From: a virus
Virus record (IMG/VR): IMGVR_UViG_3300042923_000619
Span: 32,001 to 96,000 of that record
DNA: 64,000 bases
Reading direction: 5' to 3' (one strand)
The notes below the pieces were generated by a model, which was not told the DNA's origin, searched no databases, and saw only the letters and a list, made by a program, of their open reading frames with translations. Both the position numbers and the translations under genes were made by a program. The stretch's first letter is position 1, and every line of letters starts with the position of its first letter. Shown here piece after piece: positions 31,201 through 39,882 of this stretch.

Positions 31201-32813
31201 GTTGTAATATATGTGATTAGGTTACTTAGTGGAGTTCCAGCCTCCTGTGCACTAAATGCTGTACGTTGTATTGCTGTTGCTATCTCAGCAAAGCTCGTAG
31301 CAGAAACATTGTCCATCTTACTCATCATATCTACAACATTCTGCATTCCTTCACCAGTCATATTAAAGGCATTTTTAATAGCAATTAATTGTTCAGTAAC
31401 TTGTGCAGTTGTTTGACCAGAAAGTTTAGAACCCATAATAGAAGCAGACATTAACGCTTCTCCTTCTTTTCCATCAAAACCTGCTCTAGTTACTTCTTCC
31501 ATACCCTTCATCATTTCTGCATTTGTTGTATGTAATTGTTCTCCTAATTGCTTATAATTATTAACTATATCAACTATTTCACCTTTGGATTTTCCAGTAA
31601 TCATCTGCATATTAGTCATTGACTTATCCATTTGAATAGTATAATTAACAGCATCTTTTAATTGACTTGTTATTTCTTGAACTACTTGTTGAACGCCATA
31701 AAAAATTCCAACCTTACTTAAAAAATTACTTAATCCACTAAAAAATCCACCATTATTAGTTTCTTTTAAAGAATTAACTAGTTGTTTGGTTTCATTAGTA
31801 GTTTGTTCCATTGATGATTTAACAGTATTTAAACTGTTTCTAATATTATTAAAATTAACATTATCAGTTTCTTTTAATTTACTTAACAAACTGTTTAAAT
31901 CTTTAGTTGTAGACTCCACAAATCCATTAGGTAATTTATTTCCAAACTTTTGTTGCAATTTTTCAACCTGTGAAATTGTATTATTTATATCTTTAGTTAA
32001 TGAATTAGTTTCACTATTTTTTATTTGTTGTTGTAATTTATATTCATCCTCAAGTGCTTTATTTACAGCTTTTGCTTGATTTAATTCTTGTGTTCTATCT
32101 CTTTGTTGAGATTTCTGTTCTGCTTTCTCTCTGCCATTAGCCATTTGATTAACTAAATCATTTTCTTCTTTTTGAATTTGAATTAATTTACTTTCTTCGA
32201 CTTCTAATTGTTTGACTTGTTCTAAATATTTCTTTAATTCATTGTCAGAAGAAAAATTATTAGAGTTGCTAAACATATTTTGTAAATCAGCAACTTTATT
32301 TTTATCAGCAAATCCATTTTTTTCTAATTGATTTAATTTTTGTTGTGCATTTGCAATATCATCTATAGATTGTTTTATCTTAGCATTATTCGTTATAATA
32401 GTTTTTGCAGACTCTACTAAGGTTCCATCTTGTAATGATTGAACTTGTTTTACTACAGTACCTATTCCTGTTGATATTTCAGCTACTTGTTTTCCTATTT
32501 CACCATTATTAAATCTAGTTGTAGTTACTTTTAATACTTCACCATTTAAGTTACTCATTGCTGATGTAGCTTTATTTATAACTTCATTAATATTTCCAAG
32601 TGAAACATTTCCACCTAAACTTGTTTTAAAATTATTTGCCAAATTAGTTAATGTCTCTAGCTGTTTAGCAACATCAGAATTTTTAATATTTATATCTAAA
32701 TCAATTTTTGAATTATTTAAAGTTTTTATAATATTATTTAATTTATTTTGTATTTCATTTGCACTTTGTAATTGTACTCCAAGTAAAATACTACTCTTAA
32801 AACTATCTGCCAT
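25284..32813 (-). CDS. Tail tape measure protein, three exons: 32813-31066, 30780-30633, 29015-25284 (~1875 aa)
   Basis: Joined frame reads ...DTEFA-M-NRIGIAIRNNKGQFKEFDTVLQEF...IQALAGTR-QRETLMALM..., a continuous TP901-type TMP core; lengths 1748+148+3732 = 5628 nt. Confidence 0.88.
29016..30632 (-). mobile_element. Group I intron 2 (~1617 nt) with endonuclease ORF in P9 region
   Basis: P2 hairpin with GAAA loop, AATTGCAGGTAA (P), TTCAACGACTA (R), GAAATAGTCTA (S), P9 CTCATAT-GAAA-GTATGAG, terminal AATATAAAAG; 5' splice site uncertain by a few nt. Confidence 0.85.
29044..30165 (-). CDS. Intron-encoded putative homing endonuclease (duplicated Zn-binding modules plus Vsr/DUF559-like core)
   Basis: Two KFSK(Y/F)NPHTI...F(T/S)CE(K/E)CG modules; LPFDFAI...YLIECDGRQHF. 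Confidence 0.82.
   Translation of the reverse strand: MPVKYTLQQVKNKLKEKGLYMIKDDYVNSKTKFSIHDDEGYKYEISFNEYIQYNKQLDKFSKYNPHTIENIKLWLVLNDCKNKLLSDKYINNVGKLMFTCEKCGKEYSVSFAELKDKKRTKCKQCSGGDKRNKINIEKANEILKGYNFKIMNTSEFKNSKSKINIQDDIGFRYCISLSDFLLYKKEDCNIDKFSKFNPHTIYNIILYLKLNNYKNKLLSIEYVNCDTPLLFSCEECGQPFEVTFKHFRTSFQTRCKCCTKAESLLEKLVKQYLENDNIRYISQYKIDKCKDILPLPFDFAILNNENKLKYLIECDGRQHFETIEYFGGEESYTYTKKHDDIKNTYCIDNNIPYWEFKNNNYINILNDKIYTQV
30781..31065 (-). mobile_element. Group I intron 1 (285 nt, ORF-less)
   Basis: P1 exon GCCAU pairs with GUGGC (U.G at splice site); AATACGGGGAA (P), CTAACGACTA (R), GATATAGTCTA (S), P9 CTTATAG-GAAA-CTATAAG, terminal AATATAAATG. Confidence 0.9.
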
Positions 32814-32839
32814 TATTTATTTCTCTCCTTTCTATTAAC

Positions 32840-32877
32840 AACAAAAAAGAGAGTGTTAATATAAATAACGCCCTCTT
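32840..32877 (-). terminator. Rho-independent terminator upstream of tape measure
   Basis: AAGAGGGCGTTA/TAACACTCTCTT stem then TTTTGT. Confidence 0.65.
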
Positions 32878-32878
32878 A

Positions 32879-33460
32879 CTATTTCTTCTTTCTATTATAT
32901 TGTCTTTTTGGCTTTGTATTTTTTTCAATACTTTTTATAATATTATTTTGAAACTTTTCTGTAGTTTCTTTATCTCCATTTTGTAATTTTACTAACTCAT
33001 CCATATTTAATCCAAGGTTAGATAAAGTTTTTTCTATATTGACTCCAACTTTAACAGACTCTATCATTTCATTTAATTTATTTTGAAGAATATCTAATTT
33101 TCTGATATTTTGAATTGTGATATCATTTCCTATTTCAATCATAATATCTATTAATGAATTTACTACTCTCTTAAAATCTCCATTCGCAAGATTCAACATT
33201 TCCTCTAGTTTGATGTCATCTATACTATTCCATTCTTCTTCTATATTTGTTAGATGGATTAACATATAACGCATTATTTGTATTGTATTCGTAATTTCAA
33301 TATCTGAATTTCCATTTTCTAATTGTACTGTTTGTGCATTTTCAGATATTAATTTAGTTAACTCATTCAATGTATTTATTTCAATTGCATTATATACTTG
33401 ATATTCGCCAAATGTTGCTCTAATTTTCTTTTTAATATCATTATCTTTTAACTTTGCCAT
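32879..33460 (-). CDS. Probable tail assembly chaperone
   Basis: Acidic helical protein immediately upstream of tape measure. Confidence 0.55.
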   Translation of the reverse strand: MAKLKDNDIKKKIRATFGEYQVYNAIEINTLNELTKLISENAQTVQLENGNSDIEITNTIQIMRYMLIHLTNIEEEWNSIDDIKLEEMLNLANGDFKRVVNSLIDIMIEIGNDITIQNIRKLDILQNKLNEMIESVKVGVNIEKTLSNLGLNMDELVKLQNGDKETTEKFQNNIIKSIEKNTKPKRQYNRKKK

Positions 33461-33657
33461 TATAATTCTCTCCTTTATTTTAAAAATAAAAGGCTAGAAC
33501 ATTACATTCTAACCCTTAGTATTTTATACATTTAATTCAGTCCAATCTATATTGTCTTTATTATTTATCTTAATTTATTAATTAGCGACCTTTAAATTCT
33601 CATCAATATTTTTTATAATATTTTCATAAGATTTAGATTCTATTTTCCCATCTTTAA

Positions 33658-34518
33658 TTAACTTTTTAAGCTAATTAAATAGTTAATAGCACTTTCTACT
33701 TCTTCTTTGTTAAAATTATTTCTTTTAATTTTTGATATTGTTTGAATATTATTTTCATCATGGCTTCCAATTATAATTTCGTTTTCAATTAATGAATATT
33801 TTACAATATAATTTATTGGAACTTTAAATCCTATATTTTTCTTTATAATTGTTAAACATATATCTAATAATTCATTATATTTTTGTTTATTTATTATACT
33901 ATCTATACAATTATTACATTTAAAAACTTTCATGTCTGCCATTTTTTCTAAATCATTTAATGATACTGTATAATCATAATTAATATTTTTAAAATATTCA
34001 TATTCATTATATTCTCCAACACATACAAAAGTATCCTGAATTAAAATTGAATTTTCAGATGAATCTATGAAATTACAATATATCAAATCTTTTATATCAA
34101 CATTAAACCACTCTCCAAATGTTCTAAATTGTTTATAATCATCATGTAGTCTTGCTTCTAATTTATACATTTCATCTTTATGTATCATAATAACTCCTAA
34201 TAGGGTTAAATTAGGAATGATTCCAACATAATTTTTAAATGTTGTCACTATTTCTTTAATTCTTTTAAGCAAATTACTTGTACATCCTATCTTAGTTAAT
34301 CCAGTATCTTCATTGTACAAAAAATATACATATGAAAATGAAGGATTGTTATATAATTTATTAATATAATGTATTTCATTTAAAGCTTTATTTGGTACTT
34401 TTTTAAATAAATTTTGTAAAGTATACTCAATACTTTTACGTCTTTCTTCTATTAGTTTATCAGTATTACATTCTGTATTTTCATTCGTGAATAATTTAAT
34501 AATTTTATTTTGTTCCAT
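33658..34518 (-). CDS. T5orf172-domain accessory protein
   Basis: YVYFLYNEDTGLTKIGCTSNLLKR...LEARLH...RTFGEWF. Confidence 0.7.
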   Translation of the reverse strand: MEQNKIIKLFTNENTECNTDKLIEERRKSIEYTLQNLFKKVPNKALNEIHYINKLYNNPSFSYVYFLYNEDTGLTKIGCTSNLLKRIKEIVTTFKNYVGIIPNLTLLGVIMIHKDEMYKLEARLHDDYKQFRTFGEWFNVDIKDLIYCNFIDSSENSILIQDTFVCVGEYNEYEYFKNINYDYTVSLNDLEKMADMKVFKCNNCIDSIINKQKYNELLDICLTIIKKNIGFKVPINYIVKYSLIENEIIIGSHDENNIQTISKIKRNNFNKEEVESAINYLISLKS

Positions 34519-34715
34519 ATTTGAAACATCTCCTTTTAATTTATTATATTTTATTGAATGTTATGTCTCTATATACATTCAAATCGTATCCCACTATATC
34601 TTATTTAGATAATCAGACTAAAGGTAGCTACTCCTTTAGTCATAATCACCACATTCAATAAAATATAATTGGTGTGGAGACACCATTTCAATGTATATTA
34701 ATTTATTGATTTCCT
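34519..34715 (-). promoter_or_regulatory. Structured ~200-nt 5' leader
   Basis: 18-bp stem 34543-34560/34652-34669 enclosing hairpin GACTAAAGG-AGTAGCTA-CCTTTAGTC. Confidence 0.6.
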
Positions 34716-34722
34716 TAATTAC

Positions 34723-34751
34723 ATATTACTACCAACAATTTTAAAAGTCAA
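34723..34751 (-). promoter_or_regulatory. SigA-type promoter of T5orf172 gene
   Basis: TTGACT-N17-TAATAT. Confidence 0.6.
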
Positions 34752-34852
34752 TGCTTATTTCTATTAATTTGTTTTAATAACTTTATATACTATATATTGT
34801 GATACGTTCTCTAAAATACCACAATATATAGATAAATATTTACATAAAATCT

Positions 34853-34886
34853 GTGTTTTATTGGGAATTTGAAGTAAAATAATTAT
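34853..34886 (+). repeat. 34-bp element, inverted copy at 61509..61542
   Basis: GTGTTTTATTGGGAATTTGAAGTAAAATAATTAT identical to reverse complement of 61509-61542. Confidence 0.85.
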
Positions 34887-34896
34887 CTTAATTTGT

Positions 34897-35346
34897 TTAT
34901 CCTAATACATCATACTTAGAACGTAAAAATGACATCATTTCATTTATAAAACGTCCAGTATTTTCCCACACTTCATTTACTGCTCCTACTGCATTTTTAT
35001 CCATGCTAATTGCGAAGTGTTCAGCAATTTCATCAAGAGTCATGTAGTCACCTACCTCAATTCCCATTTCAGTTTCATCATACCAAGCTGGATTTGCATG
35101 TACTGTATCATGGTCTATGTATATTTCAATATAAAATTCTCCATTTTTATTTTGAACTGGTGACACCTTACATGAATTAAGCAATAAATTTGTTCTTTCA
35201 TATACTTGAGGTGTATAATTATATATATTTTCTAAAAAATATAATCTAATATCTTGTTGTACTTTTATTGCTATAGTTTCTAATTCCTTTATTACATCTT
35301 TTTGCATTTGTGCATAAAACTCTTCAATTGAATTATAAGTTCCCAT
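34897..35346 (-). CDS. Tail completion protein (HK97 gp10-like)
   Basis: IYNYTPQVYERTNLLLNS motif; position. Confidence 0.5.
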   Translation of the reverse strand: MGTYNSIEEFYAQMQKDVIKELETIAIKVQQDIRLYFLENIYNYTPQVYERTNLLLNSCKVSPVQNKNGEFYIEIYIDHDTVHANPAWYDETEMGIEVGDYMTLDEIAEHFAISMDKNAVGAVNEVWENTGRFINEMMSFLRSKYDVLG

Positions 35347-35452
35347 TTTTTGATTTCACTTCCTTATATTAATTTTTTCATTTTTAAATACTCAAAAATA
35401 GACACCACTAGGATGTCTACTATCAATATTCAATTTTTATTTTATTAATTTA

Positions 35453-36562
35453 TTATGCAACTGTAACAGTTGAAACATTAGATGTTCCAGCAAAAGTACC
35501 ACCTGTTACAACTACTTTAAAGTTATAAGAACTTCCTGAAGTTAATCCTTTAACTAATGCACTGGTTGAAGTTGCAGTTACAGCTCCACCATTTAAATAT
35601 ACTCCTGTTGTTCCACTTGTAGCACATGTTGAATATGTGGCATCTGTTGAAAGTTTATACATAACATCAACAGATGTAGCTCCTGTTGGTGCAGTAAATG
35701 TTAAACTAGATTGTCCTGCTACTAAAGAACTTGCTGATAAATCACTTATTGTAGAAATTGGAGCTGTAGCGTTTGGATTTTTAGCTTTAAATTCACAGAA
35801 TAAAGGATTGCCGTCTGGGTCAACATTAAATGGGTCTCCAAGTACCTTAAAAGTAATTTCAAATTTTGATGGATTTTCAGCGTCAAATGATAAAGTTACA
35901 CCTGATTGAACAACTACATTTGGAATAATCATATCCATTAATTCTATTTTATTTGTAGCAACATTCTTTCTTAATACTGTTGCTTGTAATTCTTTAGCAT
36001 CAACTTGTCTATTACCATATACCTTAAAAGTATAGACTTGTCCTGCTGATAAAACTTCTGTATAGTTTACTTCAACTTTATCACCAATTTTTAATTCTGA
36101 ATTAGTTATGGTAAATTTCTTTTTATCAGTCCCATCTACTACACCAACTAGTGGTAAATCTAATTCTCCTCCAAGAGATAATTTATGGAAATTAATTGGT
36201 GTTCCAGTCATAGGTTCTGATTTTAAAGTTAACACCAAAGTTCCATCTGTTGTTACTGAGAATACTTCTTCTTTATAATAAGATTCATTTTCGGTATTTA
36301 ATACCAATCCTTCACTACCTAATGCTTCTGCGAGTTGAGCAAAAGATATAGTTTCTGTTTCCATCTTGTATGTTGCTACTGGTGTTGTTGACCAAAATAG
36401 TTTTTCTATACCTTGTTCCTTTGCTGATTTGTCTGTAGTTTTGTATTCAAATGTACATTTGTTTGCTTGAGGGATTTTTAGTAATAATTTATTATCTGTT
36501 CTGCTTCTCAATTTGACCTGACTCGCATTTAAAATCCCAAATCTTTCATTAATTGTTGCCAT
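35453..36562 (-). CDS. Major tail (tube) protein with C-terminal FN3/Ig-like domain
   Basis: PNVVVQSGVTLSFDAENPSKFEITFKVL tube motif; GLTSGSSYNFKVVVTG; followed by terminator 35393-35422. Confidence 0.75.
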   Translation of the reverse strand: MATINERFGILNASQVKLRSRTDNKLLLKIPQANKCTFEYKTTDKSAKEQGIEKLFWSTTPVATYKMETETISFAQLAEALGSEGLVLNTENESYYKEEVFSVTTDGTLVLTLKSEPMTGTPINFHKLSLGGELDLPLVGVVDGTDKKKFTITNSELKIGDKVEVNYTEVLSAGQVYTFKVYGNRQVDAKELQATVLRKNVATNKIELMDMIIPNVVVQSGVTLSFDAENPSKFEITFKVLGDPFNVDPDGNPLFCEFKAKNPNATAPISTISDLSASSLVAGQSSLTFTAPTGATSVDVMYKLSTDATYSTCATSGTTGVYLNGGAVTATSTSALVKGLTSGSSYNFKVVVTGGTFAGTSNVSTVTVA

Positions 36563-36631
36563 TTATATTCCTCCTTAAATTTTACGATTTTTATATAATA
36601 AAAAAGTTCCTATAATTTATAGAAACTTAAT

Positions 36632-37489
36632 TTATTCATTAATTAACTTTTTACATTTTGATAATTTTACTTTTGTCTTTTTAATCCAATTTAAATCTGG
36701 AACTTTTTCAAAATTATAATTACCAGAAGTAAATTGAGATTTAGTTATTTCTATATTTTCTTTTTCAAGTAAGAAATTGAAATAATAATGTAATTGCCAC
36801 ACTGTAATAGTTGAAATATTAGAAAAATTATATTTGCTATTTTCATTCATACATACACTACCAATTAATTGATTGATGGTAATTTTATTTTCATTTTCTT
36901 CTTTTTTTTTATCTTCTTTGTATATTCTATATTGTTCCTCTAATATTCTTTGTAAATTTTCATCGTCATAGTGTTCTAATTCATCTATTTCTTCTTTTTC
37001 TTCTTTTATGATATCTGTACAAGTAATAGTTCTAATAAGTTCACTTAATTCTTCAAAGTTATCCTCATTTAATTCAAATGGAATATTAAACATTTTCCCA
37101 AATGCTTCTTTTTTATAATTTATTACAATTTTATTGTCATCTAATACTTCAATATCTTTCATATCAATTCCAAAAAAGAAACATAATGATTGTGCCAATA
37201 ATGCTATAATAGAATTTTCAGGTTTAATTCCTTCATCTTGTTTGAGGTAGTATTTTTCTTGAATAAAAAATGAGTTAAATAAACTTTTCCCACAAAAATC
37301 ATTTTGTAATGTATTCCATAATTGAAGATTCTCTTTTTGCATACAAAATGGATAAGTCATAGCATAATAATATCCCAAACCAATTTTATCTATGTCTGAT
37401 ATTTTAGGTGGTTTTATAATTAAACCATTATAATTAACTGGTAAACCCCTAATAAGAAGAAATTCTAATTCATCTATTGAAATATTCAT
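36632..37489 (-). CDS. Hypothetical tail-module protein
   Basis: 285-aa ORF with ATGA overlap; position. Confidence 0.55.
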   Translation of the reverse strand: MNISIDELEFLLIRGLPVNYNGLIIKPPKISDIDKIGLGYYYAMTYPFCMQKENLQLWNTLQNDFCGKSLFNSFFIQEKYYLKQDEGIKPENSIIALLAQSLCFFFGIDMKDIEVLDDNKIVINYKKEAFGKMFNIPFELNEDNFEELSELIRTITCTDIIKEEKEEIDELEHYDDENLQRILEEQYRIYKEDKKKEENENKITINQLIGSVCMNENSKYNFSNISTITVWQLHYYFNFLLEKENIEITKSQFTSGNYNFEKVPDLNWIKKTKVKLSKCKKLINE

Positions 37490-38052
37490 TAAGAATCACC
37501 TCTTAATTGTTTCTGAATATTTTTATTATTAAGATAATCACTTGAGAATGAATGCCCGCTATAAATGCAAGTATATCCAACATTTTGTTCGTTAATATTT
37601 AAATCTCTAATTTTTTCCTTTTTAACTTCACCTAATCCATTAATAGTTGCTCTATTAAACTCATTATCCATTAATTTCATGATTGCAAAACTTCTATTGA
37701 TTCCATTAGAAAGTTCTTGAATATTATCACCTTTTATTATAATTCTAAATATTATATAAACCATATCATATTCTCTACTTAAAGAAGCAGTATGAAAATC
37801 TATTAATATATTGACACATTCCTCTGATAAAATTTCATTATTTTTACGTCTAAATAAAACACAACCATGTTCTTTTGATGGTATAAATAATTGATATGGG
37901 TCGTCTGGATAACTACAAATACTTTCGTCTAAGGCGTTACTATCTGCAAACCAAACTAAACGAAATAGTTGTTCATTATCTATAAAGAATTGTTTTATAA
38001 AATTTTTAAATAAACCTATATCATCAATTTCTAATAAATCATCTACTTTCAT
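37489..38052 (-). CDS. Putative tail terminator / neck protein
   Basis: Position between head closure and tube genes. Confidence 0.5.
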   Translation of the reverse strand: MKVDDLLEIDDIGLFKNFIKQFFIDNEQLFRLVWFADSNALDESICSYPDDPYQLFIPSKEHGCVLFRRKNNEILSEECVNILIDFHTASLSREYDMVYIIFRIIIKGDNIQELSNGINRSFAIMKLMDNEFNRATINGLGEVKKEKIRDLNINEQNVGYTCIYSGHSFSSDYLNNKNIQKQLRGDS

Positions 38053-38121
38053 TTATCCATCACCTCCATAAATTAATATTAAATTCACATTATCACTCCC
38101 TTATTGTATTAATTTATCTTT

Positions 38122-39615
38122 TTAGATATATTTAAATGTATGTCCCTTATACTGTCTTCTATCACCTCGGCATACTTGAGATATTCCATGACTTAATAAT
38201 TTAATTTTAAATACTTGTTCACTAATATCTTCTAAGTATTTTGCGGAATTAAATATACCTAAACTAATTCCATCTTTAAACATTTCTACTTTTTTACTAT
38301 GTTCTTTACTTGCCTTAATTGATACTCTAATCATTTCTTCTTTCGGGTTATAATTAACCCATATTCCATTTCCTTGTTTTAAATACTTACATATAGTACT
38401 AGAACTTAAATTTAAAATATTTCCTATATTAGTAGTAGTTAATTCTGGATTGTTATTTTTAATTTCACATGCCTTTTTAACTAAATTAGAACAAGCATAT
38501 TCGTTACATTTATTCCAATCTAATTTATTTAAATTAAATAAATTATTTAAAGTTGTATTTTTTAAAATGTGTTCTTTAATCCAATCTAAAGTAGAATATC
38601 TACAATCAATAACTATGTAGTTTTCGGGTTTTATTCCATTTTTTAAAGCTAATTGTTTCTTTAATTTATCATTTAATTGTTCTTGTTGTAAAGAACGTCC
38701 TCGTTTTTGCTCTTCATAATGTTGTTGTCCATGTGTTTCTATAATGTATTGTTCATTATTTAACTCAAAATAGAAATCATATTTATATTCTTGACACCAT
38801 TTGAAAGTCGTCTTAGTAAGTTGTGTCTTAAAATCCAATTTAAATTGTTCTAGTATATTGAATAAAAACTTTTCAGGATATGGGATTTTATCAGAACAAG
38901 AACATCCTATTGAATGATTTCTATAAATATCTGCTATTCTTTTTTTCTTAGATTTTATACGTCCACAGTCAGGACAAATAGGATATATGTATCCTTTCGG
39001 ATTATTAGGGTTTCCACTACCTGTTTTAGTATATAATTTAGCTTCTTCATAATTACCTTGAAAATAAGGAATTAACCAAGGTACGGTTGTCGGTATATCA
39101 TTTATTCCTTGAATTACTGTTCTTCCTGCACAACAAGAGCAACCTGTTTGTTGTTTTCCTATCAAAGCACTTTCTACAATCCACTGTTTATGACTACAGA
39201 TATTACAATGATAGTTATACCATTTTTCTTTAAGAATACTTTTTCTTCCCAGTTTGTCTACTTTTTCTTTTTCTCTATATTCTTTATCTATAATAGTGAT
39301 ATTTCTTTTATCATCTTGTAATCTCGTTCCTATTTCTATTTTAAATTCATCTGTGACTTTTCCTAATATTTTTCCTATTCTACATTGTAAAAGATTAGGA
39401 GTTTGAATTATATATTCATTATTATTATATTTTATTGTTACTTTTTGACCTTTTGGAATATAATTTATAATTTCAAAATAATTGTCAATATTATCATATA
39501 TAAAATACACTTTATAACCAATACTGCTATTCCAATCAATTCTAAAATAATCCCCATATTTTTCTTTTGGTAATTCATCTAAAAATATCTTCTTTTTTAC
39601 TTCCTCTTTACTCAT
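38122..39615 (-). CDS. Free-standing putative homing endonuclease (Zn-finger, DUF559/Vsr-like, NUMOD1-like)
   Basis: GINDIPTTVPWL, CPDCG, CSCSDKIPYPEKF, YKYDFYF...IIETHGQQHY, GISQVCRGDRRQYKGHTFKYI. Confidence 0.75.
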   Translation of the reverse strand: MSKEEVKKKIFLDELPKEKYGDYFRIDWNSSIGYKVYFIYDNIDNYFEIINYIPKGQKVTIKYNNNEYIIQTPNLLQCRIGKILGKVTDEFKIEIGTRLQDDKRNITIIDKEYREKEKVDKLGRKSILKEKWYNYHCNICSHKQWIVESALIGKQQTGCSCCAGRTVIQGINDIPTTVPWLIPYFQGNYEEAKLYTKTGSGNPNNPKGYIYPICPDCGRIKSKKKRIADIYRNHSIGCSCSDKIPYPEKFLFNILEQFKLDFKTQLTKTTFKWCQEYKYDFYFELNNEQYIIETHGQQHYEEQKRGRSLQQEQLNDKLKKQLALKNGIKPENYIVIDCRYSTLDWIKEHILKNTTLNNLFNLNKLDWNKCNEYACSNLVKKACEIKNNNPELTTTNIGNILNLSSSTICKYLKQGNGIWVNYNPKEEMIRVSIKASKEHSKKVEMFKDGISLGIFNSAKYLEDISEQVFKIKLLSHGISQVCRGDRRQYKGHTFKYI

Positions 39616-39715
39616 AATTTATTACCTCCGTTGTAATTTATTTTCCGATTTTAGACATAAAAAGAAGAGTGATTCGGAATATCACTCTTATTAATAGAAC
39701 TCGCGACTTTTCTAT
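39616..39715 (-). promoter_or_regulatory. Structured leader / attenuator of endonuclease gene
   Basis: Hairpin with loop AAGTCGCGAG then AAGAGTGAT/ATCACTCTT stem plus CTTTTTATG. Confidence 0.5.
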
Positions 39716-39882
39716 CTATCTTTCAATTTAGATATTATAATTTGTTTATAATACTAATAAAAAGACACGCATTAGCATGTCCTTATGATTAATATTATAG
39801 GTCTAAACATTCATTTAAAATTGTATTTTTATTTACTATTTTTTCTATTAATTTATTATTATTTTTATTGTTTTTCATACTA

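Noticed and set aside
32879-33460. Programmed -1 frameshift extension of the tail chaperone
   Set aside because: A terminator follows the stop directly and there is no overlapping downstream ORF before the tape measure
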